Below are positions 18,679 through 29,593 of a stretch of 64,000 nt of DNA, piece after piece. The stretch is from NCBI GenBank assembly GCA_964575955.1, contig CAZNTG010000006.1, positions 256,001 through 320,000 of the forward strand, given 5' to 3'. The first letter of the stretch is position 1. Each line of letters starts with the position of its first letter. The stretch comes from an uncultured Thermoproteaceae archaeon. GTDB taxonomy: Archaea; Thermoproteota; Thermoprotei; Thermoproteales; Thermocladiaceae. Below the pieces are notes generated by a model. That model was not told where the DNA came from. It made no database searches and saw only the letters and a program-made list of their open reading frames with translations. A program made the position numbers and the translations under genes.

Positions 18679-19272
18679 ATGTCTCATTATTTCTCTGAGA
18701 GATCTAGTTATGGTAAGTTGAGAGTTAAGTATTTTGATGTTGTTGTTAGAGGTATATATTTGAGAATTGTTTCAACTCCAGGTGTCTTCTCTTCTTCTCA
18801 TATTGATTCTGGTACTCTTCTTCTTGCTGAGAATATGGTTGTTAGAGATGGTGTACTTGCTCTAGATCTTGGTTGTGGTTATGGTATTCTAGGTATTCTA
18901 TATGCTAAGCTATGTCCTAACTCTACTGTCTATATGGTTGATATTAATGAGAATGCTATATATCTAGCGAAGATGAATGCTAGATTGAATGATGTTAAGA
19001 ATGTTAAAATTAAGAAGAGTAATCTATACTCAAGTATCGATGATTTAAAATTTGATGTTGTTATATGTAATCCACCAATATCTGCAGGCATGAATCTCAA
19101 TATTAGACTTATAGAAGAAACTTATAAGCATTTAAATGATGGTGGTATTTTTCAAGTTGTATATCCATTGAAGATGTCTGATAGATTTTACAATATTTTA
19201 AAGCAATATTTTAAAGATGTTGAAGTACTTGCTAGATCAGGTACTCATAAAGCATTTATAGCATATAGATGA
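18679..19272 (+). CDS. Class I SAM methyltransferase (RsmC/MTS-like)
   Basis: PGVFS...ID.GT.LL, LDLGCGYG, NPP. Confidence 0.88.
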   Translation: MSHYFSERSSYGKLRVKYFDVVVRGIYLRIVSTPGVFSSSHIDSGTLLLAENMVVRDGVLALDLGCGYGILGILYAKLCPNSTVYMVDINENAIYLAKMNARLNDVKNVKIKKSNLYSSIDDLKFDVVICNPPISAGMNLNIRLIEETYKHLNDGGIFQVVYPLKMSDRFYNILKQYFKDVEVLARSGTHKAFIAYR

Positions 19273-19328
19273 TTTTGAGTGATGTAGTAATGCATTTATC
19301 TCTACCAGTCTAGTCTCTGCGTGTTTAG

Positions 19329-20516
19329 ATGTTGAAGAAGGAGGATATAGTAAATATCGAACTTTCAATACTTTCTCAATATTATAGGAAGAAGAATGTT
19401 GTAATTGTTAGAGGTTGGAGACAGTATGTTTGGGATATTGATGGTAATATGTATCTAGACTGTAATACTGGTTATGGTGTTGCTTTTCTAGGTCATTGTA
19501 ATGAGAAGATTGTTAAAGCAGTTATAGATCAGGTAAGTAGATTAACTATATGCTCATTAACATTTTTTAATGATGCACGTGCAAGATTTTTAAAATCCTT
19601 CTCAAGACTACTGCCTTCAAAATTTGGAAAAGTAGTTATTCAAAATAGTGGTGCTGAAGCTGTTGAAGTTGCTTTAAAAGCTGCTAGAAAGATAACTAAG
19701 AGAAGAGGAATCTTAGCATTCATAGGCTCATTCCATGGTAGAACTATGGGTGCTCTCTCAGTTACAGGTAATGAGAAGTATAGAAGACCATTTGAACCTC
19801 TAATACCTGATGTTAGATTTGCAAGATTTAACGTGGTGCACGAACTTGATAAAGTTGTTACTGAAGATCTTGCAGCTGTTATAGTGGAGCCAATACAGGG
19901 TGAGGGTGGTGTTAATCCTGCAACTAGAGACTTCTTAAGAGAGTTGAGAAGAATTACTCAAGAACGTGGTGTATTGCTAATATTTGATGAAATACAGACA
20001 GGATTTGGAAGAACAGGAAGTATATGGGCTTTCGAAAACTATGGTGTTGAACCGGACATATTTACAGCAGGTAAAGCACTTGGAGGTGGATTTCCAATTG
20101 GAGTTACAGTATTTAGTAAAGAGCTTGGAGATGTATTTGAACCTGGAGAACATGGATCAACATTTGGCGGTAATCCAGTAGTGATGGCTGCTGCAGCTGC
20201 AGCATGTGAACTACTTATTGAAGATGATGTTCCAGGAAAAGCTAAAGAGCTTGGAGAATACATAATGAAGAAGATTAGTGAAGAAATATCAACATCAAAA
20301 TACTACCTACGTGTTAAAGGTATGGGATTGATGATAGGTATAGAACTTAGAAGAGATGCAGAACCATTTGTTGATAAATTAATAAATGAGAAAGTACTAG
20401 CATTATCAGCTGGAAAGACAACATTAAGACTTCTACCACCATACTTAATAACTAGAAGAGATGTAGATGAAGAACTTATACCAGCATTAGTAAATGTTCT
20501 TGAAGTAAAGAAATGA
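19329..20516 (+). CDS. lysJ: Class III aminotransferase, [LysW]-aminoadipate semialdehyde / acetylornithine transaminase
   Basis: NSGAEAVE, SFHGRT, EPIQGEGG, DEIQTGFGRTG, GKALGGG, HGSTFGGNP. Confidence 0.85.
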   Translation: MLKKEDIVNIELSILSQYYRKKNVVIVRGWRQYVWDIDGNMYLDCNTGYGVAFLGHCNEKIVKAVIDQVSRLTICSLTFFNDARARFLKSFSRLLPSKFGKVVIQNSGAEAVEVALKAARKITKRRGILAFIGSFHGRTMGALSVTGNEKYRRPFEPLIPDVRFARFNVVHELDKVVTEDLAAVIVEPIQGEGGVNPATRDFLRELRRITQERGVLLIFDEIQTGFGRTGSIWAFENYGVEPDIFTAGKALGGGFPIGVTVFSKELGDVFEPGEHGSTFGGNPVVMAAAAAACELLIEDDVPGKAKELGEYIMKKISEEISTSKYYLRVKGMGLMIGIELRRDAEPFVDKLINEKVLALSAGKTTLRLLPPYLITRRDVDEELIPALVNVLEVKK

Positions 20517-21235
20517 GTATGAACTACATAATAACAGACGAGCCAAAGAGATTAGAATATTTAATATCTAGAAAACTTGGATTTGAAATTATAAAGTTAG
20601 AAAATGCTGTACTAGATATTGAAGAATTGAAGAATCGTATAGAAAACTCCACAATACTATTAAGAATATATTCACCATACAAACTAATACCAATATCAAT
20701 AATATGTGAAAAATATGCTAAAAAAGTTATAAATAGTAGTAAACTCATAATAACATCACTAATAAGAGAATTACTATATAGAGAATTAGAGAAAAATAAT
20801 ATTCAAACACCTAGAAGATTGTACATATTTGATCTATGTAATGTATCTGACATAGCTAATAAGATTGGTAAAACTAATATGTTATTAACATTTACTAAAA
20901 CAGATATTGAAGGTGTTGTAGAAACAGCACAAGCACTTGTATCACTTATAGAACATAGATACTATATGAGTGCTGAAGATGTGAAAGTAAATTTAGTAAT
21001 TCCAAATATTGAAGATATTAAAAATATACTAGTAGTAGGAAAGGAACCTTCAATAGATATAGACATGGTTAGAAAAGTTGTAGATATACTTGGAGAAGGA
21101 ATATATACTATAACGGTAGGTAAACAGGATGGTAGAGAAGTAGTACTATATATAGATCCAGTACCAAGTATAGAAAATGATGAAGATATTGAAAAAGTTT
21201 TAGAATATTTGAAAAATATTCTAAAACTTAACTAA
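20513..21235 (+). CDS. Divergent RimK/LysX-like ATP-grasp protein
   Basis: VINS...I...L...NNIQTP and LIEHRYYM resemble LysX segments; the usual KP..GSWG motif is absent; overlaps the lysJ stop. Confidence 0.45.
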   Translation: MSMNYIITDEPKRLEYLISRKLGFEIIKLENAVLDIEELKNRIENSTILLRIYSPYKLIPISIICEKYAKKVINSSKLIITSLIRELLYRELEKNNIQTPRRLYIFDLCNVSDIANKIGKTNMLLTFTKTDIEGVVETAQALVSLIEHRYYMSAEDVKVNLVIPNIEDIKNILVVGKEPSIDIDMVRKVVDILGEGIYTITVGKQDGREVVLYIDPVPSIENDEDIEKVLEYLKNILKLN

Positions 21236-22838
21236 CTACTCCAAGATAAATTCTAGAAACTTTACCAGTCTTGTAGTTTACAGCTATACTTACAGGATAG
21301 CCCTTCTCTAACATACAGTACTTATGTGGTGGTATTGGCAATATCTTAACACTATACTTCTCTACACCAAACACTTTACAATTTGTAACTTTTCCACTAA
21401 CTACACTACAGTCAACAGTTACCTTATCTCCTGTAGGTATTTCAAATCCAAATAATACCATTATACATACTGGTTTCCTGTCGTGGGTTACTGCTATTGA
21501 TATTGCTCTTATAGGTGATGTACAGTTATTTATTAATGTAAACTTAATCTCACTCTCGCTAAGTTTAACATTAGCTACATGTACTACACATGTCTTAGCT
21601 GCCTCAACTTTAGGAGGTGATGTCTTAAATGTGTATGTTGTTGCAATATACATCATCTCACTTAGTAGTACTGAGGATAGGAGTGGTTCAGTGCTTGAGT
21701 ATAGTGGTATTGACAGTTCTACTGCCTCTAGTGGAGTTATCTCAGTCTTTTTCAGATGTTCTAATCCTTCCAACTCACTTAAAAGCTCTGTATTTACATA
21801 GTTTGAATATTCTTTATAACCTTCAACTTCCTCTTTCATAGTAACATTAACTTTGAAGAATCCTGTATTTAGATTTCTAACATTTAGATACATGTATAGT
21901 ACTCTTCCACCTTCTGTAATACAGAATTTAGAACTTACATACCACTTATCAAGACCCATCATTGTTAAGAAGATTGAAATACTTGCTAAAGTTCTCATAA
22001 TAGATTCAATCCTACTTTCAGAAATATTCATCTCCAATGTCTTAGTAATATCATTAATTATATCTCTAATTAATGTCTTATTTGACAATATCTTAGATAT
22101 ATCTACAATCTCATTAAGATTATATAGATAGCATTTAGCACCTCCAATCTCTCTAACACCAATATATGTTACATTCTTTAGAAATAGCTCAGTTATATAT
22201 TTGATAATTAATTTACTAAGCTTCTCCATGCTTCTCACCTTGAATGCGAGTGGAACATACTGCATACCATATATCTTTGGTGTATATACTACACATTTAG
22301 ACATCTTTGTAGTATTCCTAAACTTTCCACTCACTATAGTGAATATTCCTGAAATACAAATCTCAGAGCTTCCATTAATTCTTTCAACCATAAGCACTTT
22401 AAAATCTTCACACTTCATAATTCCAGATACATTTTGAACTTTTGAATTTTGAATAATCTTTCCATTAATTACAGCTGTCAAATTTCCAATATATGTATAT
22501 ACTATCATTCCTGTCTTATTTTTTAATAATCCCCATTTGACATCTTTCATATATACATTCTCTACAAAATAAATCTCAGAAGGACCAGATAGACTCTCCT
22601 TCATCTTCTTTACATACAATATGAATGATGTCTTAATACCAGAGTATTCTCTATAGATATTTGTAACATTCTTACTAACACTCTTCATCAATAAATTAAC
22701 TAAGCTTAGAGCTTTCCTACCTACAACAGTAGTAGTCTTCTTATACGGTTTATACATGTAGAAGTAATAATATAATGATCCAGCAATAATTACAGCTATA
22801 ACTATGGCGATTACTGCTGCTAAAATAGACTTCTTCAT
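21228..22838 (-). CDS. Membrane-anchored/secreted hypothetical protein
   Basis: N-terminal MKKSILAAVIAIVIAVIIAGSLYYYF anchor; many N-x-S/T sites. Confidence 0.7.
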   Translation of the reverse strand: MKKSILAAVIAIVIAVIIAGSLYYYFYMYKPYKKTTTVVGRKALSLVNLLMKSVSKNVTNIYREYSGIKTSFILYVKKMKESLSGPSEIYFVENVYMKDVKWGLLKNKTGMIVYTYIGNLTAVINGKIIQNSKVQNVSGIMKCEDFKVLMVERINGSSEICISGIFTIVSGKFRNTTKMSKCVVYTPKIYGMQYVPLAFKVRSMEKLSKLIIKYITELFLKNVTYIGVREIGGAKCYLYNLNEIVDISKILSNKTLIRDIINDITKTLEMNISESRIESIMRTLASISIFLTMMGLDKWYVSSKFCITEGGRVLYMYLNVRNLNTGFFKVNVTMKEEVEGYKEYSNYVNTELLSELEGLEHLKKTEITPLEAVELSIPLYSSTEPLLSSVLLSEMMYIATTYTFKTSPPKVEAAKTCVVHVANVKLSESEIKFTLINNCTSPIRAISIAVTHDRKPVCIMVLFGFEIPTGDKVTVDCSVVSGKVTNCKVFGVEKYSVKILPIPPHKYCMLEKGYPVSIAVNYKTGKVSRIYLGVVS

Positions 22839-22957
22839 AGAAATATTGTCACTATTTACCACTAATAAATCTTGCTAATTGTAAAACTTCTAGCTATGAA
22901 TTCTATAATTGCGATACGTTTAAAAGGGGTTTCTCAAAACATAGTTATAGACTAATA

Positions 22958-23045
<88 letters not shown>

Positions 23046-23092
23046 AGGAAGGTAGATATACTTCCTATAGACTTATATACTTTGGTGTTTCT

Positions 23093-24007
23093 GTGACTAT
23101 AACAGTAGTATTTCTTGAGCATAGGATTGAGTATTTGAAAGATTTTTATGATCTTGCTGAGCGTGGTGATGTTATAGTTCTTGAAGAACCTGATTTTGGA
23201 ATTTTAGAGCTATTGTGTAGAGGTGTTCTCGATATTGATTTTTATATAGATTTTCTATATTCAGAATTTTCGGAATATTTGAGAGAGCAGTATACGTATG
23301 TTAAGAATCTTCTTGAAAGTGGTAAGCTTGTATTTCAGGTAGAGCCATATTTGACAAAGCTTGTTGAACTTTATCACTTTATTGAACTTAAACTTTTTGA
23401 TAAGGTATTACAATTTGATGATATTTTGAAGTTTGTACATTCTGTAGAAAATTATGTTAGTAAAGCACTTGTAGAATATTATGATACTATCCTTACAGGA
23501 AGTTTTGAAGATGCTGTTAATAGTGTTATTAAGTTTGCTAAAGCTGACGCATTTAGACTATATATTAGAGATTTATTGAGAGCGTTTAAAATATGTGAAA
23601 TTCATTCGAAATATGGTAAAAATCTTAACTATATTGTAGAGGCTGGTCTTATACATAAGACTATCAGTACAATACTTGAAAAGTTTTGTAAAGATTTTGT
23701 ATATAGTGTAGATGTTAAAGATATACGTGCTAGAAAGCTAGGTATCATACTTCCATCACATCCAGGTTATGAATTGACATACATTTTTCTTGAAGGTCAA
23801 CCATATAGTGAAGAGAGGTGTAGACAATTAGCAGCTAGATGTATAGTATATACGTTAATGATTAAGAAGCAGGAATTGAGACCAGGAATTTTACAATATC
23901 CACACCTATTTGATGAATATAGAGTTCTAGATTTTGTAAATAGATTATCATATGATAGTTGTAGAAGAATATTTGAGAAGTATAGAAAGAATATTCTAAA
24001 TTTGTGA
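23093..24007 (+). CDS. Conserved hypothetical protein
   Basis: About 300 aa; start moved to GTG 23093, downstream of the tRNA; VLEEP and VEAGLIH motifs. Confidence 0.7.
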   Translation: MTITVVFLEHRIEYLKDFYDLAERGDVIVLEEPDFGILELLCRGVLDIDFYIDFLYSEFSEYLREQYTYVKNLLESGKLVFQVEPYLTKLVELYHFIELKLFDKVLQFDDILKFVHSVENYVSKALVEYYDTILTGSFEDAVNSVIKFAKADAFRLYIRDLLRAFKICEIHSKYGKNLNYIVEAGLIHKTISTILEKFCKDFVYSVDVKDIRARKLGIILPSHPGYELTYIFLEGQPYSEERCRQLAARCIVYTLMIKKQELRPGILQYPHLFDEYRVLDFVNRLSYDSCRRIFEKYRKNILNL

Positions 24008-24021
24008 GAGAATTTTTACTT

Positions 24022-26241
24022 CTAGTATGGTGGACAGAAGTCTTCTGGTTTTGGTATTTCTTTTGGTAATCCTTTTCTCTCTCTAATCTTCAATATTAAG
24101 TCTGTTAACATTGTTTCAGGTACTGGAGCCCATCTATGGAATTGTAAGCTCCAAAATACTTTACCACTAGCAGCACTTCTCAATTCATCACTTAGTGTGA
24201 ATGATTCTATTACTGGTATTTCACCTCTTATAGTTACCATATACTCTCCCTGTATCATGTCAAGTATCTTACCTCTATGCTTAGTTATTACACCGATAAT
24301 TGCTCCAATATTTTCTGGAGTTGTCTTTGCATCTATTAGTAGTATTGGTTCTAGTAGTGTTGGCTTTGCTGCTAGAAGTCCTGCAAATATTGCATTCTTA
24401 ATTGCAGGCATTATCTGTGCAGGTCCTCTATGTGCTGGATCTTCATGAACTATTGCATCTATTATAACAACCTTAACACCTCTAATAGGTTCTTGACATA
24501 GAGGTCCACCACTACATGCCCATTTGAATCCCTGTATTAGGTAATCTCTAACTTCTTTTAGGTGTTGTACACCTACAGTCTTATTTACAAGAACATTACA
24601 GTTCTGATCATCTACACTCCATATACCACGTGCCTCATCTGTATCCCAACCTGCCTGTTCTCTAAGTATTTTAGCTCTCTCACGTGGATCTTGATCTTCA
24701 TAGATCTCACCTCTCTGTATTAGATTTATTGTCTCCTCATCTAGTGGTTCTACATATACTTTAAACTTGTTATGCTTATTTGGTGATTTACCTTCAAATA
24801 CTGGTGATCTATCTCTACATGTTTCTCTAAATCTTACAAGTGGTTGAGATATTGTGAATTCTAGCTTTGTTCTCTCTTTCAATAGCCATGCAGCAATTTC
24901 TAGATGTAGAAATCCAACACCACTTAGAAGTATCTGTCCTGTCTCTTGATCAATCTTTACTTGTAGTGTTGGATCTTCTACTGATAATTCTTTCAATGCT
25001 TCTACAAGTTTTGCAAGGTCGTTAGGATTCTTAGGCTCTACAGCTACTGTAACTACAGGTTCTGATACATATCTCAACTTTTCAAATGGTACCATTACAT
25101 CCTTATACTTCACATCTACAATTGTCTCACCTGCCTGTGCTTCATCAACTCCTAATAATGCTGCTATGTTACCTGCTGGTATCTCACCAGTCTTTACACG
25201 TGTTGGACCCATGTATAGTGATACTTGTAGTACTCTCTTACTTCTCTTAGCACCTACAAGATATACTTCTTGACCTTCACTGACAATTCCTGATAATACT
25301 CTAACAGTTGCTACCAATCCTGCATGTGGATCTTTAGTCATCTTACTTACAAGCATCACTGTTGGTCCATTTGGATCGCATTCTAACATTGCTTTTCCAA
25401 TCTCACTATTTAGATCACCTTTCCATAGTCTTGGTATTCTATACTTCTGTGCATCTCTTGGACATGGAATATGTTCAATAACTGCTGAGAGTATTGCTTT
25501 ATATAGTGGAAATTCTTGTGCAAGTTCTTCAACATATCCTTTCTCATATGCATCAATTATATTACTAAACTTTAGACCAGCTTTCTGTGCTTGTGGTATT
25601 GTTATACCCCATTTATGTAATGCTGATCCAATAATTACCTGTCCCTTACCTGGATCTATCTTCCACTTATGTTTAAACTCTGGATATGCATATACCTCTA
25701 TGAGATTATTGATCTCCTTAATTATGTCAAGAATTCTCTTCTGAATTTCTTGTGGTTCTAATCTAAGCTCTTTTATCAATCTATCAACCTTGTTTATGAA
25801 GAGTATTGGTCTAACACACTCTTCAAGTGCATGTCTTAGATATGTCTCTGTCTGTGTCATAACTCCTTCAACAGCATCAACAACGAGTATAGCACCATCC
25901 ATAACTCTCAAACTTCTAGCTACATGACCACAGAAGTCTATATGTCCAGGTGTGTCTATTAGATTAATTATGTATGGCTTACCCTCATACTCGAAGTATA
26001 GGCTTATGTTTGCAGCCTTTACAGTGATATTTCTAAGTTGCTCAACCTCATAGTAGTCTAGTACTAGAGCTTTACCTGCAACTTTTGGACTTAGAAGACC
26101 AGCACCCATTAGTAGACTGTCTGTTGTTGTTGTCTTACCATGATCAACATGTGCTAAAGTACCAATATTTCTAACTCTTTCAGGTCTTTTCATTATATCC
26201 AAGACTTCATCTATACGTTTCTCAATAACTCGAAGGGACAT
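24022..26241 (-). CDS. fusA: Translation elongation factor 2
   Basis: [30 protein letters not shown] (diphthamide His). Confidence 0.98.
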   Translation of the reverse strand: MSLRVIEKRIDEVLDIMKRPERVRNIGTLAHVDHGKTTTTDSLLMGAGLLSPKVAGKALVLDYYEVEQLRNITVKAANISLYFEYEGKPYIINLIDTPGHIDFCGHVARSLRVMDGAILVVDAVEGVMTQTETYLRHALEECVRPILFINKVDRLIKELRLEPQEIQKRILDIIKEINNLIEVYAYPEFKHKWKIDPGKGQVIIGSALHKWGITIPQAQKAGLKFSNIIDAYEKGYVEELAQEFPLYKAILSAVIEHIPCPRDAQKYRIPRLWKGDLNSEIGKAMLECDPNGPTVMLVSKMTKDPHAGLVATVRVLSGIVSEGQEVYLVGAKRSKRVLQVSLYMGPTRVKTGEIPAGNIAALLGVDEAQAGETIVDVKYKDVMVPFEKLRYVSEPVVTVAVEPKNPNDLAKLVEALKELSVEDPTLQVKIDQETGQILLSGVGFLHLEIAAWLLKERTKLEFTISQPLVRFRETCRDRSPVFEGKSPNKHNKFKVYVEPLDEETINLIQRGEIYEDQDPRERAKILREQAGWDTDEARGIWSVDDQNCNVLVNKTVGVQHLKEVRDYLIQGFKWACSGGPLCQEPIRGVKVVIIDAIVHEDPAHRGPAQIMPAIKNAIFAGLLAAKPTLLEPILLIDAKTTPENIGAIIGVITKHRGKILDMIQGEYMVTIRGEIPVIESFTLSDELRSAASGKVFWSLQFHRWAPVPETMLTDLILKIRERKGLPKEIPKPEDFCPPY

Positions 26242-26300
26242 TACTCTTCTCTCTCAAACATCTAGAGGTATTTATATCTTGCTAATCTTGAACTATAGAT

Positions 26301-27761
26301 CTAAAGACTTATATACTTGTCAATATTTTCACCATAATCAACACACTTACATACATAATCGTCAAATTTTTCATGTATATCATCTACAATTTTCAAGATC
26401 TTATTGTAAAAATCTTCACATATAGCATTCATATTTTTCAATCTCTCAAATTCTTCAAAATCTATAATCCTGACATCTTCGTTAGGTCTCTTCACAATAT
26501 CGATATATAGATCTATGTAGTATATACCACCTCTCACAGGTTCTATTGGAGTATTTATATTGACATATACACCCTTCAATTTCTTATCCTTGTTAAAATA
26601 TGCATGAACTAGATAGTAATTTCCAATACGTGCATGAGTAATAGCATAATCACCACTCTCCTTCTCAACACCAAGACCATCAAGTACACCTCCAGGTTTT
26701 AATCTTCTAAATAGTATAAATTCACCATCATTATACTCTAACACTGTTGCTGGACCTATCTTAATAATCTCACCATTAGGCTTACAATGTCTAATAACTA
26801 TCGAGTACTTCCTACTATATACATAGTCTATGAACGCTCTAGTAATATCATCTCTCCTATCTTGTACATATGATAATATGTGTTCAGTATAGTCTATAAT
26901 TGATGTCTTCTTTAAAAACATCTTAAGTGAGTGGTGATATTTTAATGTAGGTATTACACTATTTCTAACATCATCCATAAATCTTCTAAATTCTAATGAT
27001 GGTAAAATTTCAACAATACATTCACCTTCCTGAATTACTGTATATGGTTCAGATGTGTATGCTATATTTCTAATTTCATTAAATTTTTCAATAGCTTTCT
27101 CAAGTTCTTCAATGAGTTTTACCCTATCTGCATATTGTGCAGAACTTCTCCATTTAATACCATAACCACTCAATTTATCTAAAAACATCATACCTAAACT
27201 TAGAAGTTCTGCTTTTCTTTCATGATCTCTAATATGTCTACTAACATATACTCTACCACCTGGAACTATCGATACATACTCTGTATCAAGTCTTAAATCT
27301 GTACTAAGTATAATCTCTTCATCATCTCTCAATGCAGTTTTAACAACAGTTACAGGTATTACATCACCTTCACGATATAGTGGTGCTGATAGTGTTGGTA
27401 TTATACCTTCAACACCATCTCCAAGATCAACAACAACTCTACTACTTTCAACCTTCTTAACAACACCTCTAACAACTCTATGAAGTGGAATTTTACATTT
27501 CCAAACAATTATCTCACTAGATATTTTGTAGAATATTTTTAAAACCTCTTCAACAGCTTCACATTTTCCTATAAGTGTTAATGCTCCTCTAACATTTTCA
27601 GAATCTTTGATAGTTAAGTCAGGTGGTGAGTAATCTGGATTTTCAATATTAAATCTATCAACAATAACTTGAGATGGTTGTACAATTCTAAATCCACTAT
27701 CTAGTAATAATTTTGTTAATGCTGTTGCATATATTCCTCTAATCCTAACTTTAAATGTCAT
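26301..27761 (-). CDS. FAU-1 family RNase E/G-like RNA-binding protein (DUF402)
   Basis: VRIRGIYATALT, WRSSA, YVNINTPIE, YIDLYIDIV. Confidence 0.88.
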   Translation of the reverse strand: MTFKVRIRGIYATALTKLLLDSGFRIVQPSQVIVDRFNIENPDYSPPDLTIKDSENVRGALTLIGKCEAVEEVLKIFYKISSEIIVWKCKIPLHRVVRGVVKKVESSRVVVDLGDGVEGIIPTLSAPLYREGDVIPVTVVKTALRDDEEIILSTDLRLDTEYVSIVPGGRVYVSRHIRDHERKAELLSLGMMFLDKLSGYGIKWRSSAQYADRVKLIEELEKAIEKFNEIRNIAYTSEPYTVIQEGECIVEILPSLEFRRFMDDVRNSVIPTLKYHHSLKMFLKKTSIIDYTEHILSYVQDRRDDITRAFIDYVYSRKYSIVIRHCKPNGEIIKIGPATVLEYNDGEFILFRRLKPGGVLDGLGVEKESGDYAITHARIGNYYLVHAYFNKDKKLKGVYVNINTPIEPVRGGIYYIDLYIDIVKRPNEDVRIIDFEEFERLKNMNAICEDFYNKILKIVDDIHEKFDDYVCKCVDYGENIDKYISL

Positions 27762-27782
27762 AACCTTATTATATTGACACTA

Positions 27783-28853
27783 TTAGACTGGTTTAATAAG
27801 AGTACCTACATCACTAGTCACCTTATAACCTTCAAATCTATCTACTATATCTAGAAGTTCTCTAGATTTTAAAACATCTATAAACTTTTTAATAGAGTCT
27901 TTATTTATAGATTCTAGCCTTATTACAAAATCAAAATTTTCCCATGTAATATGTATGTAGTGTAGTTTATATTGTTCTGCTGCCCATCTAATCGCAATAC
28001 CAACATCTGCTTCTCCTCTAACAATTGCACGTACAACATCTATATGTGTTCTATACTCAGTATCTAGACCTCTAATTCTACTCTTAACTTCATTAAAATC
28101 TAGACCTCTTCTCCTACATTCTCTAGCTAGTACATATTTCAATAATGTTCTACTACCTGTACCTCTCTGTCTACATGCAAGTTTTAACTCACCTCTCAAT
28201 ATACCTTCAATAACTTCATCATATGTTAACGATCTTCTACATACAAATCCAATATCTCTAAGATAGCCTCTCACAAGTATAGCCTTATCCTCAAGCCAAT
28301 ACTTCTCTATGTATGATATATTATACCTACCTGTCTCTGGATCTAGTAGATGTATACCACATATATCAGCTTCTCCTAGAGATAGTGATGCAAGTCCAAG
28401 ACCTGAACCAAGCCATTCTATATGTGTAGTTATTGAATATCTATCTCTCAAAATTCCGAACACATATTCAACAATTGGATCATTACTACCCATATATACA
28501 ATGTCAGGTATTGTTATTTCTAAATCTTCAAAATCTATATCCCTCTTAGTAACATCTCTATAAACTTTAATATATCTATTTAGAAGTTCTTTACCAAAAT
28601 CTGTTAAACATGCACCTCCACCACCTCTACCACCTCTCTTTCTATCAATAATCCTAACTTTCAAAAATCTTTCAATTCTACTAATATACTCCCACGCTCT
28701 TGAATATGGAATACCTAGACGTCTACTAGCAGAGAGTATAGAACCATACTTATCAATGTAGTATAGAAGTCTTGCAATTTTAAGATCAATAATTTCAACA
28801 CCATCAATTTCACAAACAACTTCAACTCTAAATTTCAACCTGTTCTCAATCAT
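27783..28853 (-). CDS. ModE-like HTH regulator fused to PBP/molybdate-binding domain
   Basis: GSILSASRRLGIPYSRAW, RGGRGGGGACLT, GSGLGL, GIHLLD, RQRGTGSR. Confidence 0.85.
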   Translation of the reverse strand: MIENRLKFRVEVVCEIDGVEIIDLKIARLLYYIDKYGSILSASRRLGIPYSRAWEYISRIERFLKVRIIDRKRGGRGGGGACLTDFGKELLNRYIKVYRDVTKRDIDFEDLEITIPDIVYMGSNDPIVEYVFGILRDRYSITTHIEWLGSGLGLASLSLGEADICGIHLLDPETGRYNISYIEKYWLEDKAILVRGYLRDIGFVCRRSLTYDEVIEGILRGELKLACRQRGTGSRTLLKYVLARECRRRGLDFNEVKSRIRGLDTEYRTHIDVVRAIVRGEADVGIAIRWAAEQYKLHYIHITWENFDFVIRLESINKDSIKKFIDVLKSRELLDIVDRFEGYKVTSDVGTLIKPV

Positions 28854-28906
28854 GAATCAACATTACATATTTCAAATTTAGGAAAATATAAGTATGGAGT
28901 GATATC

Positions 28907-29593
28907 TTGAGATGGAAAACTCACATAAAAATACTTAAACTAGTACTTCAATACTTGAACATTAATATTGATAAAGAATTTTTAAGAGGACTTTTTAGAG
29001 GTATAGTAGATCCAGATATAAGACATGATATAGATATTAAAAATAGAAAAATAGTAAAACAACATAGTGAAAATGTTAAAAAATTAATAAAATACTATAC
29101 ACAACTATCAATACACCTGTATCTTAGAGGCAGGAGAGAGGATGCAGGAATATCTCTTGGAAGAGCTATACACTACGCACATGATATGTTACTAAAGACT
29201 AGAAAATATCTAATACTAGACATACATGATAAAATTGAATATGAGATAGATAGAGAGTGTAATAATGTAGATATGAGATTTGTGAAAGAATGTATAGAAA
29301 AGTCAAGTATAAAGAAGTCAAATGATCCATATAAAGTCCTCTGTTCATCTATAAAGATGACATATGTAATACTAAAATACTTCATAGATAATGTATTTTA
29401 TAGAAAGTGGTTAAGGTATGTAATCTATACAACATGTATATACTCTATGTACATAGTTATATGCTTAACATTTTTAAAATCTATAATATTTACAATACCT
29501 GTAGTATCAGCTATATTTTTAATATTAGTAATGTTGAAAATTAGATTTATATTATTTAAGCCTAGATTAAAAAATATTAAGACTGTGATTTAG
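28907..29593 (+). CDS. Zn-dependent phospholipase C / P1-nuclease-like protein with C-terminal TM helices
   Basis: N-terminal W-x-x-H (MRWKTH), DPD, LGRAIHYAHD, HDKIE; hydrophobic C-terminus. Confidence 0.6.
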   Translation: MRWKTHIKILKLVLQYLNINIDKEFLRGLFRGIVDPDIRHDIDIKNRKIVKQHSENVKKLIKYYTQLSIHLYLRGRREDAGISLGRAIHYAHDMLLKTRKYLILDIHDKIEYEIDRECNNVDMRFVKECIEKSSIKKSNDPYKVLCSSIKMTYVILKYFIDNVFYRKWLRYVIYTTCIYSMYIVICLTFLKSIIFTIPVVSAIFLILVMLKIRFILFKPRLKNIKTVI

